DNA of 64,000 nt. Source: Macrostomum lignano (Eukaryota). The stretch is from assembly GCA_002269645.1 (NCBI GenBank), contig NIVC01003726.1:16398-80397 (forward strand), read 5' to 3'. This document shows, piece by piece, positions 1 through 13,284 of this stretch. Positions within the stretch are counted from its first letter, which is position 1; each line of letters starts with the position of its first letter. The position numbers and the translations under genes were made by a program. The notes under the pieces are model-generated. The model had not been told where the DNA came from. It ran no database searches and saw only the letters and a program-made list of their open reading frames with translations.

Positions 1-525
1 AAATTAGAGGGACGATATAATAAAAAAAGTAAAGTTATTTTCACTGTAGGCCAGTTTTCGCTGCAAAAAACTCATAAAGTAATTTTTCTGTTTTATGGCT
101 ACGATCTAAATTAACAAATGTCTCACTTTTACTTCCTCCGAATTTCAAATCGAGAAATTAATGAGTTATTTTGCCCACGATTAATTTTCCATTTCGATAA
201 TCTTAAAAAAGCTTCTATATTTTATTAAAGACCAAACTTACCAAAAACACAGGCTTTTTCATACTTTGAAGTATGGTGTTACCATAGACAGGACTTAGTC
301 GACAGAGAGTGGTACATGCCTGACGATTAGGAAGTCAAAGGGTCAAGCTGTGCACCCTGTGTGAGCGTGTGTATGAGTGCGTGCCGCGTATGTGCTCAAG
401 AGCCAGCGTGCTGTGGGATCGGGACCATGTCGCCGAAGGCGTTGCGCCAGGGTGAGCACAGCCTTGAGAATATGAATTTTGCATATGCATATGAAAACTG
501 GGCCTTTGGTGCAAATTAGCGCTCG

Positions 526-3500
526 TTAGTTGACGCGCCGCGCTGTCGCGGTCTGAACTCGGCGCCTGTTGAACTCGTGCGCGTGCAGCAACTCCGAGTC
601 GTAGTAGGCGGCCTTCAATTCGCGTATCTTCGATTCGATTTTCTCCTCCCATTCGGCCTCGCTGGCTACGTATTGCTGCTCAGGATCGGCCAGGTCGCGT
701 TTGAAAGCGTCGCGGATTAGCAGGGCGGCCGGGGTGGCGGCTACGGCGGATGCGGTGGCGGCTTCGCTTTGATCTGCCAGCCCGCCACCGCCGACGCTGA
801 TGAGGCCGCCATCCTTGGCCCGCTTGTTGCGCCAGGCCTGCCAGATTCCGATCCGGCCGTCCCAGCTGGCCGTCACGTACTGCGGGCGGTTTTTTATGCA
901 TTAATTTATGTCTACTTTCGATACATATCGGTAATTTGTAACTAGTATTATTGGCGGCTTGTGAAATGCAGCTGTTCAGCATTTTAGCAGCTATCGTTCA
1001 GGAATGTACTTCTCATTTAATTCTTGACGTTCCATGTATTCCGTTCATGGACTACTAATTTCGGTTTGAGCTCGAACCCTGGACCCTTGGCACACGTGTG
1101 CGACGCGACGTACCGCTCTGCTACGGAGATGACTTTAAATGGCTGATTTCTGATTATCAGAATGCAGTAAAATGAATTCTATATCTATGGTGCAACAAAA
1201 TTATAAATACAATCTGTGTTTAGACGAAATACCATGATTGGTAGAACAGGTGTTTAAAAATCAACAAAAACTTTGTCTAGATCGAGAAAAAATGCCTACC
1301 CTGATCGAGTAAACTATTGTGTTCGAAAATTCAAAAGGATTTGAGAGAATCAAGTCCAACACTACCTGGCTACCTTTGCATTACTTAATTTATTAAAAAA
1401 ACAACTGAACTAGAGTGGACATGGCTACGTACATCTATTAAAATTATGACTGCATTTACCACATCGTAAATATCTTGCAGCGCTGCTTGCAAGCCAATCT
1501 GAATAGAATGATTCCGGAGATAAACCATGATAGTCAGTCATGTAAATGTCAATATACAGAGCCAAAACTGCCGAAATCGAAGGGTTCAACGTAGCTGAGT
1601 GGATCATAGGGTTTCATTAGCGTTTGGAAGGTACGTGGGTTCGAATCCACCATGGTGAAAATCCCCATTATGGCCATTAGGAATGGTGGCAACCCCAGGA
1701 ATGATGGCAACCCCCACCAGGAATGGTGGCAACCCCCACCAGGAATGGTGGCAACCCCAGGAATGATGGCAACCCCCACCAGGAATGGTGGCAACCCCCA
1801 TCAAGAATGGTGGCAACCCCATCAGGAATGGTGGCAACCCCATCTGGAATGATGGCAACCCCCAGCAGGAATGATGGCAACCCCCATCTGGAATTGTGGC
1901 AACCTCCATTTGGAATGGTGGAAAAACAAAAATTATTGAAAATTCAGAGAGTGCCATATTAAAATTAGATTTCCCAACAGCTTAAAATTTGAAAATTGGA
2001 ACGGAACTCACATGCCGATTGTCGGGAATGTGGATGATCGATCGGATTGAATCGAAATGGCCGTCGTTCTTCTGTACCAGGTCGAAATTATCCGGCTCGA
2101 AAACCCTGGTGAAACGGGTAATGCTTGTTGAAAATTTTTTTATTTAAAAAGACAAGGGACAACATTTCTCTATCATAACAGAGTAAAGTCTAAACTTCTC
2201 TCATACTCAAATTAAAGTGCAGTCTAAGACTTTTAAATTATAAACACCAAAGTTTAAACGAATTCTCTAAAAATACAATGTAATAACGCGCCCCAACCCC
2301 AATCATTCTAAAATTCAATGTACACACGCGCCCCAACCCCAATCATTCTAAAATTCAATGTACACACGCGCCCCAACCCCAATCATTCTAAAATTCAATG
2401 TACACACGCGCCCCAACCCCAATCATTCTAAAATTCAATGTACACACGCGCTTCAACCCCAATCTTTCATTAGGACTATGTACACACGCTCCCCATTTTT
2501 TTATTAGAGGCAGGGGGGTTGTGTGCACCCTTGCGCACTTTAAGCGACATAGGCACACAACCGGCGAGAGGCATTACTGCCCATTCCGCCAACTTCCCCT
2601 GAGCAGGCACACAAGCGCGCGGATACGTACGCAGGCACACACTCACACAGGAGTGTACAGCGGCCCTAACTTTATTTTATCGTTAGGCATGTACACTTCA
2701 CTGCGCCTTGGGGGGGTAGGCTCTCAAGGCCGTTAATTGAACGAGCAGAGCCAAGCCGAGATTCCAATTCAGCCCCAAATTAATGTGACTGCACTTGGAA
2801 TCGAGCCTGGGCCGCTGGCACACCAGAGCCTGCGCTAGACCGCTGGGCTACGGCCCCCCCCCCCACACGCGCCCCAACTCCAATCCTTCATTAGGACAAT
2901 GTACACACGCGCCCCAACCCCAATCATTCATTAGGACAATGTACACACGCGCCCCAACCCCTATCATTCAATAGGACAATGTACGCACGCACCCCAACTC
3001 CAATCATTCATTAGGACAATGTACGCACGCACCCCAACTCCAATCATTCAATATGACAATGTACACACGCGCCCAACCCCAATCATTCAATAGGACAATG
3101 TACGCACGCACCCCAAACCGTTGTAGGAGACTTACTTCAGCGAATTTTCAACCGCCACGACAAGCGCATTGCTGACGCTGTCAATGCAGACACACTGCAC
3201 CGGACCCCCAGCGTTTAAGGACAAAATGCAGTCGTTCACGCCGCCGGAATCCTTAAAAATGAATTGATTTGCATTCTAGCCTACTTTCAGTATCGAAAAC
3301 TGCATGTTTGCTACTTATTTAATATTCTCAGAAAATAGTCGAAAGTCAAAGTGCTGAAAAAATGAAACAATAACATGAAATAATAAAAGCAAAAATAATG
3401 ACTACGAGCTCAAATTTAAGGCTTGAGAAAGCTTAAATGAGAGTGCTCATCAACAAATGTAACATGAAGCATGAAGCACCTAGGAACTACATATAAGTGT

Positions 3501-6500
3501 TCTGATTAAATACGTTTGTGATACACGACGTGCGATGATAAAACAACGCTTGCCTCCAATGTCGAATCGTCGGAAAGTCTCTGTTTTTATATAAATTGAG
3601 CCAGTTATTGATTTAATATTTATTATTTACTACTAACAAAAAGTAGCTGAAAAATCCTCACCCAGAGCTTGATCGACCGATCCTCCGACGCGGTCACCCA
3701 GCAGTTCTTCTTGGCCCACCATTTAACACAGTTGACATCCGCTGTGTGACCCTGCAGAGTTCCGAGGAGCACCAACTGGGAGCCGACCGGGCTGAAGCGA
3801 CGGATGTACACCAGATTGTCGGCACTGCTCAGCGCCAACTCGTTTCTAGAAAAAAATCGGGAACTTAGATTAAATTCTGGCAAAGTGTACATGCAAACTT
3901 GTCCACCTCACTCCGAGAACCATAAGCTACAGCGATGGCTCTGTACGCAAGAGACGACCCCATCCATAGGCTAGCAATGTACACACGCGACACCCACCTT
4001 ACTCCGAGAACCATAGACTACTACAGCGATGGCTCTGTACGCAAGAGACCACCCCCATCCATAGGCTAGCAATGTTCGCACGCGACAGCCACCTCACTGC
4101 GAGAACTATGAACTACAAACCGTACACTAAAAACAGTCAGCTAACCTTTCCGGAGAGTAGCACATGTCCAAGATGGCATCATCCGCCGCCAACTCTCGCT
4201 CCTCCCACAGCTTCGAATCCACGTTTCGAAAGACGTCTACCAGGCTTAAAAAAGTGTTTAAACGAAGTAAGTATAGATAATTTTTTAAAGATTCGAATGC
4301 TAAAAATTACTGAATATCAGCATCATATACTTACTCTCCAGTCTCCAGATTCCAAATGCAGATCCTCTGATCCCAGCCGGATGTGACCAGATATAGACAG
4401 GAATTTTCGTCCCGCTTAGGGATGATGGCGAAACATGTGACTACTCCGTTGTGCTCGACCAGCACGTGGCGACACTTGTAGCCGGCCACTCGCTTCGTCA
4501 CCTGGTCGTCCATCTGAGAAAATGAAATGAAGCTCAAAGTAAAACTCAAAACCAAACCGACTGCATCCAACAAAAAGAAAATGTTTTCTTTTTGCTTGTC
4601 AAATTTTTAGTGCCATAATTTGGCAATTCAGCTCACCTCGCTTGTCGATTCAATGGAGGCCGCGTCGCTATTCGAACTGTCTTTGTAGCTGGCCTCCTCG
4701 GGCGCCATGCTCACAAGCACGCCGAATGCTTTCTCGTCGAATCCAATCACGTCTGGAAAAATTTTAAAGATTGAAATATCGTCTCTGAATATTTTAGCGG
4801 GCCTTGGTGATGTCTTCAGTCAGGAAAAATTTCTTTGCCCGCCATGCAAATTTTTCGTGTCACATTCGATAATTTCTACTTGTCAGTAGACGAACCCGAA
4901 ATTAATTAGTGTGAAAAAATTTTAAAAGCACTCTGAAACTCACAGACATTGGAGTCTTCGCATGCCGCTACCAGGACGTCGAGTTCTTCAACAAATTCGA
5001 GCTTTCGAAAGCCCATGGAGTGAACATTTTTCTTCTTCTCCTAGAGGGAATGAGGAATTTCAAAATCTACAGCTACCCAATCTGATCTACAGCTACCCAA
5101 TCTGATCTACAGCTACCCAAGACATCTACAGCTACCCAATCTGATCTACAGCTACCCAATCTGGTCTATAGCTACCCAATCTGATCTACAGCTACCCAAT
5201 CTGGTCTACAGCTACCCAATCTGATCTACAGCTACCCAATCTGATCTACAGCTACCCAAGACATCTACAGCTACCCAATCTGATCTACAGCTACCCAATC
5301 TGGTCTATAGCTACCCAACCTGATCTACCGCTACCCAATCTGATCTACAGCTACCCAACCAGATCTACAGCTACCCAATCTGATCTACAGCTACCCAATC
5401 TGATCTACAGCTACCCAAGACATCTACAGCTACCCAATCTGATCTACAGCTACCCAATCTGGTCTATAGCTACCCAATCTGATCTACAGCTACCCAATCT
5501 GGTCTACAGCTACCCAATCTGATCTACAGCTACCCAAGACATCTACAGCTACCCAATCTGATCTACAGCTACCCAAGACATCTACAGCTACCCAATCTGA
5601 TCTACAGCTACCCAATCTGGTCTATAGCTACCCAACCTGATCTACCGCTACCCAATCTGATCTACAGCTACCCAACCAGATCTACAGCTACCCAATCTGA
5701 TCTACAGCTACCCAATCTGATCTACAGCTACCCAAGACATCTGCAGCTACCCAATCTGATCTACAGCTACCCAATCTGATCTACAGCTACCCAATCTGGT
5801 CTACAGCTACCCAACCTGATCTACCGCTACCCAATCTGATCTACAGCTACCCAATCTGATCTACAGCTACCCAATACAAACTACAGCTACCCAATACAAT
5901 CTACAGCCACCCAAGACAATCTACTACAGCTACCCAATACAAACTACAGCTACCCAATACAATCTACAGCTACCCAATACAATCTACAGCTACCCAATAC
6001 AATCTACAGCTACCCAATACAATCTACAGCTACCCAATACAATCTACAGCTACCCAATACAAACTACAGCTACCCAATACAAACTACAGCTACCCAATAC
6101 AATCTACAGCTACCCAATACAATCTACAGCTACCCAATACAATCTACAGCTACCCAATACAATCTACAGCTACCCAAGACAATCTACAGCTACCCAATAC
6201 AATCTACAGCTGCCCAATACAGTCTACAGCTACCCAATACAATCTACAGCTACCCAATACAATCTACAGCTACCCAATACAATCCAACCAGCTAGCTCAA
6301 TCCAATCTAGTCACTGAATTTGCGTATCAAGTTGAAATTTTAAAGTGCAAGCAAACTTCTCTCCATCAGCTTCAATTGCCTTTTACTAAAGATTCAGTTT
6401 GACTCACCTGGCCATCCTTCTTTGCTCGCTTGCCTTCTCTCTTTTGTTCTTGAAGAAGTCTAAAAGTATTAAGCTTCATATAGTCGCAAGAAACTACTTG

Positions 6501-9500
6501 GAGTAGTGTTATAAAAGAGTTTTTACAAAATAATTTTTGTTCCAACTCACTGCTGAGGACTTTTCTTTAGCTGGGCCATTCGCCTGCGGGCAATCTTCTT
6601 TTGCAGCATCTTCTCCATCGATTCTGAAGCTCTTAAAGACTCCTTGCTGGAGAAGGAATTAGCGAATTTTGAGTAGCTTCATTCGCTGGTTGCAAAACAG
6701 CGTCATTTATTGTCTTAAGTTTTGAATTTAATAAATAGTTTGATATACTTTTCAAAATTTATTTTGTAGCAGATAAAGAAGTTTACATATTACTTTCCAG
6801 CATTTAAAGGTTCATTACAAGCAATTAAAACAAGGAAAGAATTAATTCAGGACAGAGAGTTTCAATCAAGAATAGTTTCTATAAAAATTGAACAGAGGTT
6901 ATTTTTTAACAGCTCGAAATGTTGTGATTTTCACCCAACAAACGGCCGTGATTGTTAAATTATTTGTTTAAATGCACATTGCCGGATTTGTTTTCAAATT
7001 AGCAAACCTTTTTTTCTAGGAAAGAGAAAATCATTTTTTCTGTTGGGATAAAAATGCAGTTGAAAAAAATTTGAACTGAATTTATTGCAATTGAAAGAGC
7101 TCGTAGAATACTTAAAGGGTACACTACTAACTAGTAGGATTGTAAGTAGTACAGTCGTGCAAATTCTTTCTTTCGCGATGAATCACGGTTGGAAAAATTA
7201 AGCGGTCTATGATTCACTTCTTAAACAGACTAGCTTTTAGTTCGAGCTAATTTCAAACTTTACCGAGTCTGCATGGCAAGTCCAATTAATTTCGATTGCT
7301 GAGCAATCGCTGAGCTCCTTTTAAAAAACAGGTGCAAACAAGGAGATAAAAAACAATTGTATCTTTAGAAAATAACTTCAGCAAAGTATCATTGTGTGCA
7401 ACAACCAATTTTCACGAGCAGTTCAGGAATTTATCATTTTAGAAAAAGTACGTGTGCTTACTGCTCATCTTTGTGTGCAATCGAAAGATCAATTAAATCA
7501 AAAAGAAGACTTCAATAAAACAATAAAGAAGTTTCCTCTCGAAATAAAAAAATGGTATGGAGCAGTAAAAAATCATCAGACCTCCGCGAACTGTTCGTAC
7601 AAATCCTGCAGGAGTCCGCTAAAAACAATAAAATCAAGTTGAATAGAAATGGCAAACTGGCTAATGTGTGGACCTCGAAAATTTTTGTTCATAAATTTAT
7701 CCTTTGGTAGATAGGCCGCGCATAAACATTAAGCTCACCCATCTCACGCCCCAGTCGGATAAGTACACACCGCCCACCTCACTCCCCCAGTCGGATAAGT
7801 GCACACCGCCCACCTCACTCCCCAGTCCTATAAGTGCACACCGCCCACCTCACTCCCCAGTTGGATAAGTACACACCCATCCACCTCACTCCCCCAGTTG
7901 GATAAGTACACACCCACCCACCCCACTCCCCCAGTCGGATAAGTACACACCGCCCACCTCACTCCCCAGTCCGATAAGCACACACTCCCTACACACCACC
8001 CAGCATACCTGAAAGCGAAGGCGTTGGTCTGTTTCCGCTCCCATTTGACAATGTCGCCCTGCTGATCAGTTGAGAAAATCAAAATCGGCGCTTTATTGGC
8101 TGAAAAATACAAAAAAATCAAGCAAAGATCAGTTTGTTGGAATCCATTGCTCTCTATCAATTACTCATATATCAAGTCAGAATTCTCACTATATGTCAGG
8201 CAGTCGATTGGGGTCTCGGTAAAGAAGGTTGTAACGCAACCGCTTTGGGAATATTTCCACACAACCAGATTTCGGCGATTAGTTGATCCTGAAACCAATC
8301 GGATAAAAATGGGCAAGTTTTTAGGCAAGGTTATACATTAGTGCGGAGAGAGACAGGGAGAGAGACAGGGAGAGAGACAGGGAGAGAGACTGGGAGAGAG
8401 ACAGGAAGAGAGGCAGGGAGAGAGACTGGGAGAGAGACTGGGAGAGAGACAGGGAGAAAGAGAGGGAGAGAGACAGGGAGAGAGGCTGGGAGAGAGACAG
8501 GGAGAGAGACATGGAAAAAGAGAGGGAGAGAGACAGGGAGAGAGACAGGGAGAGAGACAGGGAGAGAGACAGGGAGAGAGACATGGAAAAAGAGAGGGAG
8601 AGAGACAGGGAGAGAGACAGGGAGAGAGACAGGGAGAGAGACAGGGAGAGAGACAGGGAGAGAGACAGGGAGAGAGACAGGGAGAGAGACGGGGAGAGAG
8701 ACAGGAAGAGAGGCAGGGAGAGAGACGGGGAGAGAGACAGGGAGAGAGACAGGGAGAGAGACAGGGAGAGAGACAGGGAGGCAGGGAAAGAGGCAGGGAA
8801 AGAGGCAGGGAGAGAGGCAGATAGAGATTCGGGGCAGTCAGAGAAGCAGCTCACCGAACACCAGGTGCTGGTCAGCCGAGTAGGCCAGCAGCTGCAGTGT
8901 GTACTTCCTAGCTGTCTCAACTTCATCGTCTTCCTTGGCCAGAAAAGTATCGCAAAATTCGGACACATTCTCTCCGGATTTTGGCTCGTAAATAAAAGCA
9001 AAGTGGTAACCAGCCGCCACCCAGATTGTCTTGTTGCGGGCAATGAAACAGATGCCTGTAGTGCAGCGATTGGCAGCGTTTCATGATTTTGTATTTAATT
9101 TTTTAAAGTACGCATCCAACCACCCCACTCCCCCTATCAGATAAGTACGCACCCACCCACCCCACTCCCCAGCCAGATAAGTACGCACCCACCCACCCCA
9201 CTCCCCTGCCAGATAAGTGCCCACCCGCCCACCTCACTGACCATAATCAAATAAGCAAACCATCTCACCAGTCACGGGGCTTGCAAAGTCGTCCAGCCTG
9301 TGCACCAGTTTGCCATCAGTTGTCCAAACTTTCACGCACTTGTCGAAGGCGCTAGTGATCAGCCAGCTGTTGTGCTCGGCGTCCTGCGCCACTATCAGAT
9401 TGTTGAGGCCGGCCTCGTGCGCGCGGCGAACGCTGATGGGCGTCATCTCTCGGACCCCGTGATATCCGGACTCGTAGATAATCAATCGCTGATCAAATCC

Positions 9501-10525
9501 GCCGCTAAACACGCGCGAATCAAAATAGGCGAGGCATTTCACAATGTCCGTGTGCTCGGTCGCCTTGATGAAGTCGTGCGGATCGATGTAGTGTCGGCGC
9601 AACTTGTCTGTGGGGAGTTTGAGCACAGTTATCGAGATTTATTAGTTAGTCACACGCTCGCACAGGGGTTGACCCCAACTCTGACACCAACATTAGAAAG
9701 CCAGGACTCACATTTGTCCAGCTCGTAGAGATTGATGCCAGTGCTGGTGCCGCAGACCAGCTGGCTTTTTCTAATGTTCACCGCCATTGAGTAAATTGCC
9801 TCCTCTGTCTGCAGAAGAAAGTCGAACATTTTAAGTGCACTCTAGAGATAGAAAGATAATATAATAAAGAGCTTGAGCATACATGCACAATGTCCACCAG
9901 AGAGTTCCCAGACCAGAACATGATGACGCCATCCTGACCAGCTGTGATGAATGTTTTGATTTCTGGCCTAAAAGAGTGTTTTAAGATATTGTTAAGCAAC
10001 ATTAAAACTTTATGAATAAAAAATTCCAAAAATTGTGGTAAATACCTTACCAGTAAACAATACTTGTAACCCATCCTTGGTGCCCGGGGCTCAAGTGCTG
10101 AACAAACTTGCAGGGATCGGCTTCCCATACTTTCAATGTGCCATCTGTAAGTACCGAAATTTAGCACGCCTTTTGGAAATTTTTAAATAAATTTAGCTTT
10201 AGAAAAGCAAAAATTCAATTTATGTCATTCACGCTACATGTTGTATGCAATATTGAATAATGGACTATTTACATAACACAGAAACAATAATAGCAAAATT
10301 AAACAAAATTTGGCAATGGCCAGCTAGAAATATAAAAAGCTTACATATATAAGTAAGTCAAACGTGATACCATTTAGATATATTTTCGGAAGGCTGAACT
10401 GAAAAATAGAAGAACGAATTACCTTCGAAACCAAGAACTACTTCTCTTCTAGCTGGATTAAAACCTATCGCAGTAATATTTCGACTGTGAGTATCCTTAA
10501 TTGTGTATGCATGTCTAACAGACAT
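526..10525 (-). CDS. WD40-repeat protein, 17 exons, 798 aa, family not recognised
   Basis: Exons joined at GT-AG sites with matching phases: 10525-10423, 10144-10051, 9967-9883, 9808-9712, 9607-9269, 9055-8855, 8099-8009, 6646-6551, 6459-6408, 5040-4944, 4752-4637, 4513-4335, 4244-4146, 3845-3662, 3251-3136, 2105-2012, 879-526; total 2397 nt = 798 aa + stop. WD motifs: GFEDGTLKVWE, TAGQDGVIMFWS, EHTDIVKCL..FSGGFDQRLIIYE, TSAFDKCVKVWT, TSGWDQRICIWN, GHTADVNCVKW..TASEDRSIKLWD, GHFDSIRSI..TASWDGRIGIWQ. A basic helical insert (KMLQKKIARRRMAQLKK) separates two WD clusters. Confidence 0.9.
1588..1660 (+). mobile_element. tRNA-derived SINE-like head
   Basis: A-box-like TAGCTGAGTGG (1592-1602) and B-box GGTTCGAATCC (1638-1648), but no proper cloverleaf. 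A tandem repeat follows directly. Confidence 0.5.
1678..1905. repeat. Minisatellite (GGAATGRTGGCAACCCC core, about 20 bp)
   Basis: Direct tandem copies in WD40 intron 16. Confidence 0.9.
2286..3118. repeat. 40-bp minisatellite in two blocks (about 2286-2500 and 2866-3118)
   Basis: TACACACGCGCCCCAACCCCAATCATTC... units. Confidence 0.9.
2787..2854 (-). mobile_element. tRNA-derived SINE-like head
   Basis: Reverse strand reads CCGTAGCCCAGCGGTCTAGCGC...CAGGCTCGATTCCAAG (A/B-box-like). It splits two blocks of a 40-bp repeat and shares GCGGTCTAGCG with the copies at 39.8 kb. Confidence 0.5.
3902..4105. repeat. About 85-bp tandem duplication, about 2.3 copies
   Basis: CCACCT(C/T)ACTCCGAGAACCATA...CTACAGCGATGGCTCTGTACGCAAGAGAC...CATCCATAGGCTAGCAATGT repeated. 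Confidence 0.85.
5063..6285. repeat. 20-bp minisatellite CTACAGCTACCCAAT(CTGAT/ACAAT)
   Basis: About 60 copies; CTGAT variant up to about 5870, ACAAT variant after. Confidence 0.95.
7743..7985. repeat. About 38-bp minisatellite CTCCCCCAGTCGGATAAGTACACACCGCCCACCTCA
   Basis: Tandem copies; related copies at 9118-9235. Confidence 0.9.
8343..8820. repeat. 12-bp GGGAGAGAGACA array
   Basis: Fills WD40 intron 6 and explains the RETG/DRER/SLSL ORFs. Confidence 0.95.
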
Positions 10526-10846
10526 TGTGAAAAGTGGTATTTTTATCAAATAAAAATCCGGTTGAATTGTGTAAATTCCCTTACTTTTTGAATAACAAAA
10601 TCAGCCCTTGTTTCTATTGTAAACTTAATAAGCATTTAAACAAAATCAAGCTGCATAAGCACAACAGTTTGAAAAATGAAAAAAGTGAGCAGTTTAAAAA
10701 TAAAAAAAAGTTTCTTTCCCTCTGCGTTTTATGTTCAAAATCTTTAGTCAATTTATGAAGAGCCAACACATCCCCATGCCAACAAGAAGAGCAATCTTTC
10801 AATACTTGAAAGCCCTCCAAAAAACCTGTTTCCGTCGAATGCATGT

Positions 10847-10859
10847 GTCTCCTTGATAC
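10847..10859. promoter_or_regulatory. RFX X-box-like motif in the divergent promoter
   Basis: GTCTCCTTGATAC fits a 13-bp X-box pattern (RTHNYY-WT-RRNAC), 45 bp upstream of the CFAP276 ATG. A weaker copy ATCCCCATGCCAAC lies at 10770-10783. Confidence 0.5.
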
Positions 10860-10904
10860 ATTTTTGAGCCAGACGAGACATTAACTATCAAAAACTTTCG
10901 AATC

Positions 10905-12787
10905 ATGTCTACTGCTCACCGAGACCCTTATCCTTATCCTCGGTATGAGAGTGACCAGACTCTTGCAGGATTGAAACCAACGGAGGTACGTTCGAAACAA
11001 TGCAATTGTTTTTACTGCTAAGGGAAGCGGTTTACCTTTTATACATGTAGAATCTCTTCGATTCATTTAATTGTCTTACGACTATATGAGCTTTAACTGT
11101 CAAGTCTTGGCAACTATAGATCAGTGCACTCTAAAATCAATATTTATAAAGCATGATACTGATACCAATATCCACTATAATAAAAATTCAATGGAAGGAC
11201 AAACTAGACAAGAAAATGTACTAAATCTTGCTAAATCTTAAATTTTAAGCTAAAATAAGAATTTTTCAGTGAAAATTTGGCTGATTTTATCATTCTTCAT
11301 TTGCTCAATTCATACATTCAATAGACTTTTGCTACAGTCATTAAAAAGTATTTTCTAATAATTATTTTAGGTTTTCTATTTTTGATTATAATTTTTTTAG
11401 TATTTTAAATTTCAACAGAAATTAATTTTTTTTAAAAGACTGGCACAATTTTCAAATTTTTTCTTGGCAAAAATATCATAGCATAAACAATATTCGCTCA
11501 TTTCACTGTCTCAACATGATTTCAAACTCAATCTCACAACCCAACAGAAAGCCACCTACTCAAAGCCAACTCATCTGGCGCAGCAAGATGACCCGTGGAG
11601 CCGCCTGAACCTCAGCCAGACCCTGACCAGCACCCGTCACCAGGCATTCTATTACGATCCGCAGGCGCCAAACGACAGTCTGGACTTTGTTCTCAAGACC
11701 GAGTACGATCAGCACAGGGATCTGTTCAAAGGCAAAAGCCAGGTTCTGCTGCAGACCGAGACCTGCTATGATGAGCACGGGTAAGGCATCTTTATTTTTT
11801 GACCAGATTTTTCGATTCGAATCTTTATTGCGCGAAAGGCCACAGAACTTACTGACAATGATATTTTTTTAAAAAGACAATCAGGAAGAAAGGAAGAGGA
11901 TCCGTGAGTTGCTGACGCGGTGAAATATTTTTATTGCATTATTTACTCTTTCATTCATTTATGAAGCTACACAATTATTGTGTGAAAGCTGATTCCGTTG
12001 TACGAGCTTCCGATTATGATTTCTATCCGCTATCACTTTTTCTCTGTTAATTTCATGCGCTTTGCTATCTTGCTATCTATGTTGCACAACCCGATTTAGC
12101 TACTGAAAGTAATATTTGAGATTTTTGAGGCGATTACAGCGAAGAACAGATTACTTTTATTTTTCGTTTTTTTAATTACACAAAGGTTCCTTTTATGCTC
12201 CTTTATATTATTTTCAGTCGAGTGCTCAAGAACAGGATCCGCCAGGTGCAGCAGGTGCCACCCAAGCTGGGACACCCGCTGCGCCAGTGGCAGCAACCGC
12301 GGCGCGAAGACGTCAACAGCATCAAGAATGCCATCGGTGAGCATCTGTGGGCTGACTGGCCTAGAGAGAGAGAGCTGAGGCTAACGATATGTATCGAAAC
12401 TAAACTTAACTTGCGTAGAATTCAAATATTGATCCAGACCAGAAGTTAGTTTCTTTTGAAAAAAATTCTAGGTAAGAAAAATTGAAAATCTTTCAAGTAG
12501 AAAAGTATAGACAGGATCGATTCCCTATATGTATCGAAAACAAACTTTTGTGTTGCCAGAAATTTAGGTACATTGGCAAGTTTTCTTGAATAAGAAATCA
12601 TTTTTGGCTTTTTCTATTGCCACTGCTAGCTGAAAAGTCCAATGGAATCTAGATTAAAGCTGTGTTACTTTTCTGCTACCGATATGTATCGAAACTCACA
12701 AAACTTTGCCTTGCAGAGGGCCACCACACTCAGGCCACGAACCGGGGCTATTCCCGCAAGCCAGATGGCGGCCACTTCACTTCCTAA
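10905..12787 (+). CDS. CFAP276: Cilia- and flagella-associated protein 276 (C1orf194) homologue, 4 exons, 167 aa
   Basis: Exons 10905-10985, 11548-11780, 12218-12336, 12717-12787 (504 nt). Translation MSTAHRDPYP...PTHLAQQDDPWSRLN..TLTSTRHQAFYYDPQAPNDSLDFVL...HTQATNRGYSRKPDGGHFTS matches remembered family motifs (RDPF, PTHLAQQQEPWSRLN, TNGGYSRKKDGGFFST). Confidence 0.9.
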
Positions 12788-13284
12788 AAGAATTTGACGT
12801 CAATCAGGCTCGACTGAGCAGCACGATTTTGAACTCTTTCAATATGAGAGCAGATACTTATACATAACTGCTAAATAAAATGTGGAAATATATTCATTTC
12901 GGGTCGCTTTTTCGCAGTTTATTTTGCGAGCGTTGTCGTATCTTTTGTTCACAATTATCCAATACGAGTACTGGATATAGGAAAAGTTTAGCAAGTCTGC
13001 TCAACTGTTTCCTTTTACAATTTTTTAACAAAAATTGCTGCTGATACCGTTTTATCTTTTATCTCTCATTAGTAGATCTTTGTTTGGTATGTAGTATACC
13101 TCGTTTGGTTGGAGATTTTCGAATACATTGGGAATAAAAAGTGTGTGCTCGATTATTGGCTGCAGTCCTAATCACAATATACTAAATCTCTAAGGTCTGT
13201 CTTATTATTATGATTATTATGATTTTTATAATTAACTTTTGAGTGTTTTTTGAAGATTACACTGAATTTTTATTGAGCCCCCCT

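Noticed and set aside
1588-1660. Functional tRNA genes here and at 2787 and 39788
   Set aside because: A/B boxes are present but I cannot fold acceptor and anticodon stems; treated as SINE-like or pseudogene heads.
7577-7619. Possible extra WD40 exon (GLLQDLYEQFAE)
   Set aside because: Its 43-nt length breaks the frame and the donor is poor; the gene joins cleanly without it.
8321-9086. Long low-complexity ORFs here and over other arrays (14.1, 15.6, 17.5, 20.3, 34.4, 40.9, 50.6, 54.6, 56.2, 62.6 kb)
   Set aside because: They are translations of stop-free tandem repeats, usually open in several frames and located within introns or intergenic DNA.
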